Assembly: GCF_004010195.1 (NCBI RefSeq)
Contig: NC_057719.1
Coordinates: forward strand, 17,532,165 to 17,596,164
From: Chiloscyllium plagiosum
Taxonomy: Eukaryota
DNA length: 64,000 nucleotides
Direction: 5' to 3'
The stretch's first letter is position 1, and each line of letters opens with the position of its first letter. Below the pieces are notes generated by a model. That model was not told where the DNA came from. It saw nothing but the letters and a program-made list of their open reading frames with translations, and did not search any database. Positions 10,995 through 24,430 of this stretch are shown here, in pieces. A program made the translations under genes and the position numbers.

Positions 10995-11293
10995 GGGGTG
11001 GCACGGTGACTCAGTGGTTAGCACTGCTGCCTCACAGCGTAGGGACCCGGGTTCGATTCCCACCTCTGTGACTGTGTAGAGTTTACATGTTCTCCCCGTG
11101 TCTGCATGGGTTTCCTCAGAGTGCTCCGGTTTCCTCCCCCATTCCAAAAGATGTGCAGGTTAGGTGAATTGGCAATGTTAGGTGGATGAGTCAGGGATAA
11201 ATGTAGGTAAATGAGTCTGGGTGGGTTACTCTTTGGAGGGTCGATGTTGGGCTGAAGGGCCTGTTGCCACACTATAGAGAATCTAATCTAATC
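10995..11293 (+). mobile_element. HE1-like V-SINE
   Basis: GGGGTGGCACGGTGACTCAGTGGTTAGCACTGCTGCCTCACAGC head, GGTTCGATTCC B box, (ATCTA)n tail. Confidence 0.92.
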
Positions 11294-11299
11294 AAACTT

Positions 11300-12905
11300 T
11301 CCTGCCCAGCACTTCTTGTTGGTGGTATTCCCATGTATCTGCTCTTATCTTTCTAGGTGGAAGTAGTTGTTAATTTGGAAGGTTCTGTGACTCTATGCCT
11401 CTGTGACTGTGTGTGGAGCTTACATGTTCTCCCTGTGTCTGCGTGGGATGAGGGTAGGGCAGTTGACATGGTATACATGGACTTCAGTAAAGCCTTTGAT
11501 AAGGTTCCACATGGTAGGCTGATGGAGAAAATGCAGAGGCAGGGAATTGAGGGTGATTTAGCAGTTTGGATTAGAAACTGGCTTTCTGGAAGGCAACGAG
11601 TGGGGTTGATGGAAAATATTCAGTCTGGAGTCCGGTTACTAGTGGTGTGCCACAAGGATCTGTTTTGGGACCACTGCTGTTGTCATTTTTATAAATGACT
11701 TAGACGCAGGCATAGGTGGATGGATTAGTTCATTTGCAGGCGACACTAAAGTCAGTGGAGTAGTAGACAGTTTGGAAGAATGTTACAGGTTGCAGGGGGA
11801 TTTGGATAAACTGCAGAATTGGGCTGAGAGGTGGCAAATAGAGTTCAATGCAGCTAAATGTGAGGTGATGCACTTTGGGAAGAATAACAGGAAGGCAGAG
11901 TACTGGGTCAATGGAAAGATTCCATTGTAGTGTGGATGTGCAGAGGGATCTTGAGTCCATGTACATAGATCCCTGAAAGTTGCCACCCAGGTGGATAGTG
12001 CTGTGAAGAAGGCATACAGTGTGTTAGGTTTCATTGGTAGAGAGATTGAATTCCGGAACCGCAATATCATGCTGCAACTATACAAAACGCTGGTGCGGCC
12101 ACACTTGGAATATTGTGTACAGTTCTGGTCGCCCCATTACAGAAAGGATGTGGAAGCATTGGAAAAGGTGCAGAGGAGATTTACCAGATGTTGCCTGGTC
12201 TGGAGGGAAGGTCTTATAAGTAATGGCTGAGAGATTTGGGTCTGTTCTCATTGGAAAAAAGAAGGCTAAGGGGGGATTTGATAGAGACATACAAGATGAT
12301 CAGAGGATTAGATAGGGTAGACAGTGAAATACATTTTCCTAGGATGATGACGTCAACTTGTACGAGAGGGCATAACTACAAATTGAGGGGTGATAGATTT
12401 AAGACAGATGTCAGAGGAAAGTTCTTTATGCAGAAAGTGGTAAGGGCATGGAATGCCCTACCTGCTAATGTAGTCAACTCAGCCACATTAGGGAGATTTA
12501 AACAATCATAGGATAAGCATATGGATGATTTTGGAAAAGTGTAAGGGGGATGAGCTGAGAATAGTTCACAGGTCGGCGCAACATCGAAGGCAGAAGGGCC
12601 TGTTCTGCACTATATTGTTCTATGTTCTAAGGTTCTGTCCAATTTCTGCATTGCATCTTGTAGATGGAACACACTGTTACTACTGAGCATCGGTGGTGGA
12701 GGGAATGAATGTTTGCAGATGTGGTGCCAGTCAAGCAGACTGCTTTGTCCTGTATGTCTTCAAGCTTTGAGAGTATTGTTGGAGCTTCAGTCAAGTGGGG
12801 ACTTTTCTATTACCTTGACCTGTGCCTTGTAGCTATGGATGGATTTTGGGAAGTGAGCTACTCACTGCAGTATTCCTGACATCTGATCTGCTCTTGTAGC
12901 CATTG
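11300..12905 (-). mobile_element. Older LINE fragment (CR1/L2-group) hosting the 11389-12630 insertion
   Basis: 11318-11388 and 12631-12900 are the reverse complement of the repeat at 31430-31560 and 39150-39330, continuous across the insert. Confidence 0.6.
11445..12630 (+). mobile_element. 5'-truncated CR1 LINE (HER1-like), RT C-terminal region and 3' tail, frameshifted
   Basis: DEGRAVDMVYMDFSKAFDKVPHGRL, FAGDTKV, WQIEFNAAKCEVMHFG, LYKTLVRPHLEYCVQFWSPHYRKD, LFSLEKRRLRGDLIETYK; (TGTTCTA)n tail. Confidence 0.95.
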
Positions 12906-13189
12906 TACTATGGGTTTCCTCTTGGATTGATGTTTTACCACAAATGCTCCTCTGGGAGCGATATGTTTGCCTCAGAATTGTTCACTCACAGGATGAGGTA
13001 TTGAACCAACATGAGGGCTTTCGAGGAAAATGATGATTATGTGATTTTAGCTCATTATTGGAGCTTAAGATTGGTGATTGTTTTCCATTGTTTCTCTGAT
13101 CAGAAAGGAAATCATTTCCTGCTGACAGTTACATATGAAAGTATGATCACTCATCACCTCAGTTCTGAAAAGGTAAACCCTAATTTTAG

Positions 13190-13808
13190 GACAGCATCCC
13201 ATAGTTTTGTATTCAGCCACAAGAGGAAACATCCTTTCCACATCCACTTTGTCAACAACATTCATGGTCTTTGCACTTCATTGTAGTCAACCTTCAGTCT
13301 TCTAAACTCTTGGGGAAACAAGCCCAGACTGTCAAACTTTCCTCATGAGGCAATCCACTTCCTCTAGGTATCAATCGAGCAGACCTGCACTACTCTCCAA
13401 TGCATTTACATTTTTCCATAAATGAGGAGACCAAAACTGCACTCTGTTTTCAAGACGTTGTCTAACAAACGTCCTGCATAACTGAAGCATGACAACTGTA
13501 CTTTTAGGTTAAATTGCATCCCATTAGCCATTTTGATCACATACTGTAACTGCATACCACCATTTTTGTGACTCGCACACTCAAACACCTAAATCTCTCT
13601 GCATACCAGAATTCCTGTCATTCTCCATTTAGGTAGTAATCTGTGTTTTTGTTATTCCTGCCAAAGTGATCAGTTTTGCATTTTCCCACTTTATAGTCTA
13701 TCTGCCTGATTTTTGCCCATTCACATAATCGATCTGAATCCCCCTGCAATTTCCATATATCTTCCTCACAGCATACTTCTCCACTTTGCGTTATCTGTAG
13801 ATATTTGC
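13190..13808 (-). mobile_element. Old CR1 LINE fragment
   Basis: Minus translation MNVVDKVDVERMFPLV, plus degenerate CSFGL and FADN motifs. Confidence 0.6.
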
Positions 13809-13986
13809 CATGACGGGAGGTGCTGGTGTTGGAAAATGTCAGAAGTCACACAACATCAGGTTATAGTCCAACAGGTTTATTTGAAATCACAAGGTTTCAA
13901 AGTGCTGCTCTGAAATTCCATCCTGTTTTCAACCACAAATCAACCTGTTGGACTGTAACCTGGTGTCGTGTGACTTCTGACTTTGT
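13809..13986. mobile_element. Fold-back PLE terminal fragment (second family)
   Basis: 40 bp inverted arms at 13838-13877 and 13942-13981 (GTCAGAAGTCACACAACATCAGGTTATAGTCCAACAGGTT). Same family as 23930-24033 and 52201-52410. Confidence 0.75.
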
Positions 13987-15094
13987 AGATAGTTGCTACA
14001 GATATTTTAACTCATTTTGCAGGTGGCAGTGAGGCAATGGAGGACTCTCTTTCAGTTATATCTTTTTATTCTTAAACTATTCAAAATGGCACTGGATTGT
14101 GGCAACAGTTGAACCTTTTTACTGTAGTATTCACTGTAAAATGCAAGGGACAATCATTCATTTATCCAAGTTTTAAAAATACACATGAAACATCAGCAGC
14201 AAATGGTATAAAATAAAGCCATCCATTTGATATTGTTTTATAAACAAATCTAAAGGTTTTTTGCCGAACCTAAGCTCAGTAAGAAAACAAGATTTGCTGG
14301 GGTTGGCTTCATGCATTAGGCTTCAGCACTGAGGAACTGAAGTAAATTCTGAAACCATTTGTAACCTTAATGCCTCAAATCGCAGCTACCAACAGTAAGG
14401 TAGGGGTGTGGGATAGTTTTAAAATAATCCCTTTCCAAAAAAAAAATTCTGCAATTTACATAAAACTGAAAAAAAATTTTTTTTGGTACTTTTGACACCC
14501 AAGTTATAATGCTGAAACGGTTTAATCTGTGTATCAAAATGACCATTTGAAACACTGACAGGGAGTCAGAGATGACTGTTGAAGGTTACTACTTAATCTT
14601 GATGCACATTTCATTTGCTCACTTTATTAAACATGTCACTTGGCTGTGTTTTTACTGGTAGAGAACCTTAAACTACATACATCAAAACAACTTATTATTG
14701 AGACTGAGGACACTCCTCCTAATTCCAGATGCTTGCACTAATTAATTGAAATAATAATAATTTCAGCAACAGTTCTAAACTTTGTTTTCCACTCCACCCA
14801 AAAGAAACCATCACTGCTTTGGAAAGATCATTAGTGGGTTTTTTTTATCCCCATGGAGTTGAAGGTGGGGCTTCTGTTACTCCTGGGGAGACTGTGGTAA
14901 ACAAGAAATGTCTATAAACAAGACCCTTTCTGAAATATGGTTTATTTTCGCTTAAAAGAAGCTACCTCCAGGATTTGCTTGAGGCAGTTCTCCTTTCTTG
15001 CCTCTCCTGGGGTTGTCAATTTATTAGGGCAGGGCACCTTTGACAACCAACACATAATCTAATCTGAGACCTGATAATGAGCAATGAGCACTGC

Positions 15095-15270
15095 CGGCCG
15101 TGGTAGTAGAATCAGATACATTAGGGACATTTAAGCGACTCTTGGATAGGCACATGGAAGGTAGTACAATGAAAGGTACGTAGGTTAGTCTGATCTTAGA
15201 GTAGGATAAAAGATCGGCATGACATCAAGGACTGAAGGGCCTGTACTATGCTGAACTGTTCTATGATATT
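15095..15270 (+). mobile_element. CR1 3' end
   Basis: GGGACATTTAAGCGACTCTTGGATAGGCACATGG...GAAGGGCCTGTACT...TGTTCTATG. Confidence 0.8.
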
Positions 15271-18200
15271 GTAGGCTGCATCACAAATCTGATCCTGCCC
15301 TCACTTGATAGACATACATATACTTGATCAATCAAGAGACTGTAAACGTGAATGATTTTCTATCCTTTAACCCAGTAGCATTATATCTAATTTTAATATC
15401 CTGACTGCTCCCCCCGTTTAGTCAATCTCGTTCAGCAAACCTCAAAGGTGACACCCTCCTCGTTTGGACATAATTATTCCCCGCAAAAAGTTGCGGAAGC
15501 TCAAACAGGCTCCAATGCAAAAACAGCAACAACGTGATTTCAAATATGCCCAGACGCTCCACAAATTGAGAAGGAAAAGAAAACACCAAGCTGAAGACTA
15601 AATGTTGAAGCGGGAAGCCACGGTGCGGGGGTGGGGTGTCAAATCTGAGCCAAAGAGTAGTCATTTTACAAAAATCTTAAAAAAGGGGAGGGGAAAGATG
15701 GGAATTCCAAAACAATTCTAGATATTCCCTATGCTTCATAACCTACCCCATTGCATTAAGTAGTTTGATTCTGATGAAATCAGTAACTAACCATCACTTT
15801 GTCTCCAACCTCTTTTTCTTATCCAATGTACTTTGACATGCTGTACCTCTGAGGTATAAAGTATTTTTCTGTTAATCTCGGTTTGCAAGCCTCCAACCCC
15901 AAACCTCTATATCTCCACAGGACTGACATGCCCTAATCAAAGTCATGAAGGCTTTCTCTGTAAATTGGGTGAATTAACTCTCTTCATTTTCCTTACTTCA
16001 GCTGCAACTTCTGTTGATTTCTGTCATGCTCCAGTGGCTCTTTGCAGTTGTCTAACTAATTGGGACGCCTTCATCTGGTTCTGTTCTGATATATCCAAGG
16101 GTGACCAGAGCATCTTTACCACAGTCTTAACTTCCGATTACCGACAGAACCCTGCCCATTTATCTTTCTCCCTTTTCATCCTTTATCTTCGTGCTAGCTA
16201 CCAGCCAGCTTACCTGTAGACACACTGCTGCTGAAAAGCCATTGAAATGAGCACTCAACTATCAATCACAAGACACATGGTCTATGGCAGTCAAATTTAA
16301 CTTTAGTGAGAGCGTTACAGAAGTAGAGTGACCCCAAAACTTGGCTTTATACTGATGTCACCAGCAGTAATATGGGATTCTCAGTTGAAGCACCATCAAC
16401 TTGAAAGACCCTCTTTCCAAATATGTTGCCAAGCCTGTTGAGCTGATGCAGTATTTTTGGTTATTGTCTTAGAATTCTGGTGCCAGGTTACCTCTGAAAT
16501 TTTTAATTGTTGAAGAGATTGATACCGAATACAGGGGAAAAGGTCTGCATTTAATTATCAGTTATCGTGGTCCATTTCAGTTTTGCTTAGAGCATTGGGC
16601 ATCATATTCGGCTGAAATTTCTCACTGGTGATGCCGGGTGCGTGCACTGAGCTAAAATACTGAGGTTCTCTTTTTCCAAGCTTCCATCAATAAGAAAAGG
16701 CTATTATTTTCCCAGGTAAAGGTCAGTAGGTGGGCCTTTATCCAATACACAAAGAGAGGAATTTGAAAACAAAGCCTTTCCAACTGCAAACCATGGCATC
16801 AGATAGAATGTCAACTTCATTGACCTCAACAGCAAGTAAAACGAGACAGGGTGTAAACCCAATTCTGTGCCCAAAGCAGTCACTGGGTTGTTTAGGTTAG
16901 AATTGCCCCTAAAATCTTGAAAAATCGTAGGAAGGGGAACATAACATTTCCATTAGGGATAATAAAAGCAAATCTAAACACATTCTCCTTAAAATTATGA
17001 GCTTTTTGTTCTGAAAATATGTAAATGACTTCTTAAGCAAAATAACCCAGGAAAGCAGATCTCATTGTACATTACCATTCCTTAAAAGAAGTGAATACAT
17101 GAGATACAGACACAACTGCTGCACTGAATCAAATTGCCTTTCTAATCACATAAAAACCATTAAGAAAGTAGCAAAGCAAAACACATATACTCCATTTGAG
17201 CAAAAAAAATTGTTCATTTCAAATGTTTTACAACATCTATAATGTCTGTACAACAATTGCATGACAATGTCATTTGTTGTTAAATAAGAAAAATTCCAAA
17301 ATTAAAGGCCTTCCAGCAATGTATTTGTAAATATAATCTCATTTAATCCAATGAACTCAGCGAGATCTGAATATAGCACTACTCCCACTCGCAATGTATC
17401 ACTTAAAAGTTTTCTTTTGAACATTCTTTTGATTACAGACTCTTTTGCTTTTGCTGTGAATTTTATTGATGTGATTTATCACAGTGAAATAACATGCAGT
17501 TTTCATGCAAAATAAAAGGAAATAATACTATCAAACCTGCTGTAGTGCTTTCATCCTTTAAAATTGACAAGCAAAACTCATTTTTCAAGATATGCTTTTG
17601 CAATTGAAAAGAAAAAAAACTCCCAATCTTTACCTAAATTTGTCTTTTAACAGTTATGAGTTTCTCAGTACTGGACTTGAAGGGAGGAGACAGGAAAATT
17701 AGATTCACTCTGCCGACTTTTCATGCTTGTTAAAATGGCTTTGTTTTTGGATATTTCTAGCTTTGAAGTGAAAAAGTACTGTGTGAAAGGGGCAATGAAA
17801 TCTGAACAATTCAATTAGTGACACCCAGTCAAGTCTTTTTTTCACTTTTCCACCTTTCTTGGATATTGCCCTGCTCTTCTTCATCTATTCCTATTTCTCA
17901 GAACGAATCATGATTGACAAGCTAATTAAGAAATTAACAAATGTCTGCTTATCCATTTCTGAGTTAGCCAAGAGTCATGTTGGAAAGCATCAGAATCTCA
18001 TCTTCGTCCTGAGTTTACTTCCTTCAATGTAGAAGGGATATCTTCTGTCTTTAGAAGAGTGAATGTGAAAATCCGTCACAGGTTTCTGACCGCAGTTGGC
18101 AGAAAGGATATCGAATTTAAAAAACTGAAAGGGCTGGAGAAACTCAGCAGGTCTAGCAGCATCTGTGGAGAAAGAAACAGAGTTCATGCTTTGACTCCAA

Positions 18201-19432
18201 TAAGAATCTTCTTCAGACCCAATCTTATTTCATTTGCAATATCTATAATTTTGTTTATATTGTGAAGAATAGCTATCCTGGTTTCTCTCTGCAGGTTGAT
18301 TGGTGCAATTGCTGAATCACCTCCTTAGCTGCACATTTGCAAATGTCTGTCCTAGTCCCTTTTGCAGATGGGTCCATGAGAAGATCTATCTCTTTGCAGA
18401 TGAATATGTGAGAAATATTGACCAAAAAAATTCAGATTTGTTCGACAAAATGCAGACTGCATTTCTTCAAAACAGAAACCTGGTGTTTGCCAAGTAAATT
18501 ATTGAACTGCACTTTTTATCAGTGGACAGTGTTTCAAAGGACCTGAGTTTTGTGCAACTACGGTCTTCCTATGTGTGAGTGCAATGAGAAAAACAAAATG
18601 CAATTATCAAACTTATTTTAATAAGACTTTCCATAATTAGCAAAAGTTAGTCAATTTTCATTGCATTAACTTATGTTTCTGAGACTATTATTCTTTAATT
18701 TTCATTAATTTCCATTATCTCTTAAACTTACCTTGGAATAATAAAATTAAAATTTTAAATTTATTCGAGATAAACAAGAAAGAGAACAGTTAGACAGCTA
18801 GCCTTGAGGCCATAGTTGGCATTGGTCTCTTATTCCTTCCTTGGTCAACCAAGAGGCCAATCTGCTTTGCCTAGGTTGGGATTCAATATCAATAACTTGC
18901 AGTTCATTAGGACTCAAATGTGAACAAAGACACCTCTGATCTCTTTATGGGATAGTGGAAAACAATGAACAGTGAGCAGGGGACAAAGGAGAAAATAATT
19001 GAGTGGGTTCGAAAGAAAATGAGGCATTTGGAAGTGGAGAGGGAGGGAGGGAAAATGAAGAATGAGCAATTTAGGGAGAGCTGCTAAGAGCAGGGAACAT
19101 TGGAGCAGATTGAGGGAGCAATGAGGAGTAATTGCCTGTCAAAATGTATAATTTTCTTCACTTCCAGTTAAGGAAGTAAGTCTTTTTTGTTGCGAATTAA
19201 TCATGGGAAGTTATGGATATATACTTATAGTTATAGATTTCTGCTGCGCTGCTTGGCTGATGCCTCACCTAGGCAAAGGTGCATTGAAGAACAATCAGAT
19301 GAGGAAGATGTCCCCTTTAATTTTACATCAGTTAATCTACCTCACTATCAGTAAAACTACTAGACAAAATTTCCACTTCATATATGTCTTTAAGTTATTT
19401 TCGTGTAGGTATTAACATATTTATTTGAATAG

Positions 19433-19735
19433 GACAGTGCTGCAGCCTCACAGCACCAGGGACCTTGGTTTGACTCCACACTGTCTTTGTGGAGTTTGCA
19501 CATTCTCCCGTGTCTGCAAAGGTTTGCTTTGGTTTCCTCTCAGTACAAAGATGTGCAGGTTAGGTGGATTAGCCATGCTGAATGGCCCCATAGTATCCAG
19601 GGATGTGGAGGCTAGGTGGATTAGCCATGGAAAAGGTAGGGTCATAGGGATAGGTAGGGGAGTGGATCTGAGTGGGGATGCTCTTCGGTGTAGATTTCAT
19701 GGGCTGGATATCCTGCTTCAACACTGGGATTGCAT
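19433..19735 (+). mobile_element. V-SINE (HE1-related), diverged
   Basis: GCTGCAGCCTCACAGCACCAGGGACC...GGAGTTTGCACATTCTCCCGTGTCTGC...AAAGATGTGCAGGTTAGGTGGATT. Confidence 0.85.
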
Positions 19736-21614
19736 TCAAGGTTAATATATCTGTTGAAATAATGGATAGGAGAATATATTGCAAATATGTTAATCAAACG
19801 TTGGTTAATACTTCTAAGTTTAGAACTCTACAACACAAAAAAGCACAAAAGGTTGCAATGTAGTATTTGATGCCTTTCATGAGAAAAAAAATCATAATGA
19901 AAATACTTTATGTTAGATTTTTAAATTCTTCTACAGAGCTCAGTGTAGTGCTAAGGGAATTGCATTGATAAAGTTATTTTATTCTGAAAAATGTTTAATT
20001 TTAATTGACATCACATTTCCATAAAAATTTCTTTGGTCAAATTATTAATACAGGTAGAGTTTGTAAATTTATATCAAAATAATCATTTTTTTTCTTAATA
20101 TGATGTATTATGGATGAAGTATCAGCCAGTTAGGCCTTTACCACTTTTTCTTTTATGATCAAAGCATTCACCGACAAGTATAGAATGAGTTAGATGAAAA
20201 GTAAAACTCTTCTCCTTAACTCTGGAGGAAATCCTGCCTACAATGTCTTGGAGATGAATTTGTCTCTGTCAGGTAGTTGCCTGTCCAGTGAAATGAGTTT
20301 GGATAGAGTTGGTATGGTTCCCTACAGTTTGAAATTGGCCCTTTGTCACTAACTAGCATAACATTAGTAGCCTTACTGATTAAGGGGGAGAGAGATTCAG
20401 AAAACAGGATGACTAACATCATAACTATACTGAAACAACTAACTCTGAGCAAGGGGCAAATGTGTATTGTTGGGACAGAATGGAGGGGAACTTACTTTAC
20501 AAGTTTTGGCTGCAGAGATGGTGATGCGGGGTGACTGGAGAGCAAGGTCTGAGTGGAGCCATGAGGTGTGTTAGCCTGAGCTGTGCTGGGTCGGATAATG
20601 CTGGGTGATTCAGTTGCATCTGAAACTGAAGTATAAGCAGTTGTGAGTGGAAGTGACCAAGGACATCAGCAGCAGGAGCATGGCTCCTCCAATGCTAGCG
20701 AACGTGCTCCAAGTCAATTCCTGACCTCAGGAGAGCATGACAGGTGTCCTATTATTCTGTTTTGAACTGGTGGATCCACTGCGTATGCTGATTGGAGGGG
20801 CCACAAACCTCCTTTCCTCTGTACAAGCCTCATTGGGTGGAGAACTGTCCCTCTCTGCACTTGGCAAAGCTAACCTCTCTGCAGTCCCTCAGATCTTTCA
20901 ACAGGACCTCCAGAGAAGGGCGAGACCCCCTGGGAAACAGACTTCCCAGTTCTCCTTTCCATCCCTATTGGTGTCCCTGCCTCAAAACTCCAAAGGAATA
21001 TTTCTGACATATTCCTTTAGTTGAATGAATGCCTCATCCCACCTGACCTCCTTATCTCATCAAGGAGCCCAAAGCCAGAAAGACAATTAAGCTGCAGACG
21101 GTCAGGTTCCACTCCCAAAAATAGTCTCCTCATTCCATCAGACACTAAGGTGAGAAGATTGCATCCTGAATGTGCTTTAGAAAATATTGAGCAACTTTCA
21201 TTGGGTTCATCAGTGATTCTATAACAATCTAATTTGCAGCTGTAGCAACCAACAGTTATGCTGTGGAACGGAGAATTCACTGCTGACGTTTCCACCAGAA
21301 ATGTCATTGTCATCAATCTGTCAGCAATTTGGTCAAAATCCCAGCTGCCCATATGGCCTTGCTTCAATCCTTCCACAGTAATAATTACAGCAGGAAATCT
21401 GGATCCATCGTGTTATCAGGGTACATTTGTACATCTGCTTTAACAAAAAGTTAAATGATGAAGTATGATACTTTACAACACCATTGTAGGGAAGGCAACA
21501 CTTGCAGGTTTCATTAAAGGGATTGATGGTAGTCCAGCAATGATGGGCAAAGTACTTAGCTGGTGATCATTTAATGAGGTTGAAACCCAGTGAGATAAAT
21601 CAATAAACGATATA

Positions 21615-21980
21615 AATGGAACACGAAATGACACGACCAGCTATCCTTAGTAGCCACACACGCAGACAACAGGCAACATGAATTCGACTGGGACAACACT
21701 ACTATCATAGGGCAAGCCAGACAGAGAACAGCCAGGGAATTCCTAGAGGCATGGCATTCATCCACAAACTCCATCAACAAACACATCGACCTGAACCCAA
21801 TATACCAACCACTACAGCGGACTGACAACCGGAAGCGGCAGGGACAGACCACTATAAACACCGGAGGAAACATCAAAGAAGCGCTTCGCAGGAGGCTCCC
21901 AAGCACTGATGATGTCGCCTAGCCAGGGGACGAAACGTTTGCAACAAAAACTTCCAGCTCGGCGAACAGAACCACAGCAA
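21615..21980 (+). mobile_element. Penelope-like element 3' fragment, third family (GIY-YIG tail plus terminal repeat)
   Basis: Plus frame HDQLSLVATHADNRQHEFDWDNTTIIGQARQRTAREFLEAWHSSTNSINKHIDLNPIYQPL, the H.FDW....I......R...EAWH....IN signature of PLE endonucleases. Confidence 0.88.
21903..21942 (+). ncRNA. Minimal type I hammerhead ribozyme-like motif
   Basis: GCA-CTGATGA-T-GTCGCCT-AGCC-AGGGGAC-GAAA-CGTT-TGC. Helix I is GCA/TGC, stem II pairs 6 of 7, and AACGTT at stem III is palindromic. Confidence 0.65.
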
Positions 21981-22137
21981 GGTGGTGTGTCCTGCAGTCA
22001 GGGGAGACTAAAGATTTGGTCTGGGATATCCCTTTCCTCCCCAGCCCACCTCTCCCAGCTGTCCTAGGAACAATCAGCATGCATTTACTGCAGCGGTCAT
22101 GAGATGGGAGAGGACCAAAACTTGAATACTATTTTTA

Positions 22138-22345
22138 AAAACTGAAGGAACTGCGGACACAGGAAATCAGAAACGAAAACAGAAATAGCTGGAAAAACTC
22201 AGCAGCTCTTGTAGCATCTGTGGAGAAAAATCAGAGCTAATGTTTTGGGTCCAGTGAGCCTTCTTTAGAACTTCAGTTCTGAATCCACATTTCTGTCCAC
22301 AGTTTATGCCAGACCTGCTGAGGTTTTCCAGCACTTTGTTTTTGC
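22138..22345. mobile_element. Older fold-back PLE-terminal derivative
   Basis: GCTGGAAAAACTCAGCAG...GCATCTGTGGAGAAAA, inverted against TTTCTGTCCACAG...CTGCTGAGGTTTTCCAGC. Related pieces at ~18120-18220, ~28180-28285 and ~47610-47760. Confidence 0.65.
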
Positions 22346-23929
22346 TCATTGCACCCAAGGCTGGAGAGTGAGCCATATAAATAGTTAAATCTGCAACCTG
22401 CAGGAAAGCCATTCATTTATCAGTAATTCTGAGGATCTGGTCATGGGGAATGGGGATGTTAATTACATGAGTCCTTCATTGGTGCTGGGTGTGGCACTTC
22501 ATTGTGAAGCCCTGCGACATCAAGATCGAAAATATGCCACCTCCTTAAAATAGTGTGAGCAGAACAGTTTGTTCTAAAACAGACTTTAAAGATAGGAGAA
22601 TGTACGCATCTGAAGGCATTTTAGGAAAATTTCAAAAAGCCTCATCCAAGATCAGTCACCTCTTTCAATGATTGAGTGACTTGGGCGGAGGCCATGGTTC
22701 AGTAAATCATACATAGCCTGTGGAGAGAACCGGTTTAATGGGCCATATGGCCTTTTCCCATTTATGGTCGTTTCTTTCTTATGTTCATTCTGATCTGCAT
22801 TAATATATTTGCATTAAATTAGCAATTACTGGCTATGCGTTAGTGAGTGTGTTGCCTTGAGAAACTGAGCATTTACTGGATAAATAATGAAAAAAAAATG
22901 GAATATTCAATTCCATCAATTGTCTGATGGATCTTTTTTGTTTGCTTAGGTAGTTGCTGTGTAAGCTCACCTTTGAATCACAGCTCATCGTTCTTGAATG
23001 GGTTTCACGTTTCATTCTCATTTTTAAAACATTTACATCAGCACACTTTGCAGTTCACATGGTCTTCTTCACATTTCCAGTCGTTACGAAAGAAAGAAAA
23101 TGCAATTATGTAGCACCTTTCACAACCACAGGACTTCCCAAAGTGCTTCGCATACAATGGAGCTCTTTATTTGTGAAGTGCAGTCACTGCCAAATGTACG
23201 CAAATGCAGCTGCCAATTGTTTCAAAAAGCCATCACTCCATCTTTACAGCTTCATCTATTCCGGGGAGTTGACGTTCAGCTGAAGCATCCACTCACTGAC
23301 ACAAACAAATTTCAAACAGCAAATTTCCACAAATAATTGAGTATCAATTCAATGCTGTTGGCAAAGACTCTTGTATAATGTCCTGAGTTCAAGCCCCACT
23401 GCAGGACAAGCTGAGGGCAGTAATGAGGAAGTGCTCAATTGCTAATGCTGCCTTCGTACCCACAAAGGGTTAACGCAGTCTTTTCCTGATAATGGGATTT
23501 TTCACATCTTCACTGTGTTAAGGAGGTCGATGATTGCCCATGGTGTCCTCATCAAAAGTCTTACCTCAGAGGGCCATGAATTTTTTTCCCAGAGAGTAGT
23601 CAAGACGGTGTTGGTGATATCTTTAAGGCACAGGTGATAGCCTCTTCACTAATAAGGCACTGGATGGTTCTCAGGGATAGGCAGGAATGTGGAGTTGAGT
23701 TGGCAACCAGAGCAGCCACAACCTTGATAAATGGTGCAGCAGGTTAGACGGGTTGAAAGAAAATGACTCCTGCTCTTAATTCATCTATTTGTATGTCTCT
23801 CCATATGCTAATGGCCCAAAACCAACAGTAAATTACATTTACATGGCACTTTAACTGGACTAAAATGTCCCAAAGACACCTCAGAGGAACACAATCAGAC
23901 AATAAAGTTAAAAATTGGAAGCACACTTG

Positions 23930-24033
23930 CGGCGTTCGGAAAGCTACCAATTAAACCTGTTGGACTACAACCTGGTGTTGTGAGATTTTTACCTTTGTAC
24001 ACACCAGTCCAACACTGGCATCTCCAAATCATG
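23930..24033 (+). mobile_element. PLE terminal-repeat fragment (second family)
   Basis: CCAATTAAACCTGTTGGACTACAACCTGGTGTTGTGAGATTTTTA is the reverse complement of 52203-52246. Confidence 0.75.
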
Positions 24034-24234
24034 ACAATCAGATAAGAATGGATAGTGAGAAAAAGAATGGAACATCAAAAAAAGGTGACTAGCTCACCGC
24101 TGCTAATGGAATTTTACTGTGTGAGTAAGTGACATAGCATTCACCTCCCCACAAACAGCACTGCATTCAAACATCATTTTCTGTACATTAAGCATCTTGA
24201 GACATTCTGAGAGATGAAGTGAGAGGATTTAGCA

Positions 24235-24430
24235 TCATAGAGGCATAGAGATGTACAACACAGAAACAAACCCTTCAGTCCAACTCGTCCATGCTGACCA
24301 GATATCCTAAATTAATCTAGTCCCATTTACCAGCATTTGGCCCATATCCCTCTAAGCCCTTCCTACTTGTATACCCATCCAGACACCTTTTAAGTGTTGT
24401 AATTGTACCAGCCTTCACCACTTCCTCTGA
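24235..24430 (-). mobile_element. CR1 3' end
   Basis: CATAGAGATGTACAACACAGAAACAAACCCTTC..., the reverse complement of the tail at 48830-48995. Confidence 0.85.

Noticed and set aside
10995..11065. tRNA genes at SINE heads
   Set aside because: The A/B boxes run directly into the V-SINE core and LINE-derived tail; these are SINE heads.
18295..18497. Possible coding exon after TTTCTCTCTGCAG (…RWVHEKIYLFADEYVRNIDQKNSDLFDK…)
   Set aside because: No recognisable homology, only a weak donor, and no partner exons found.
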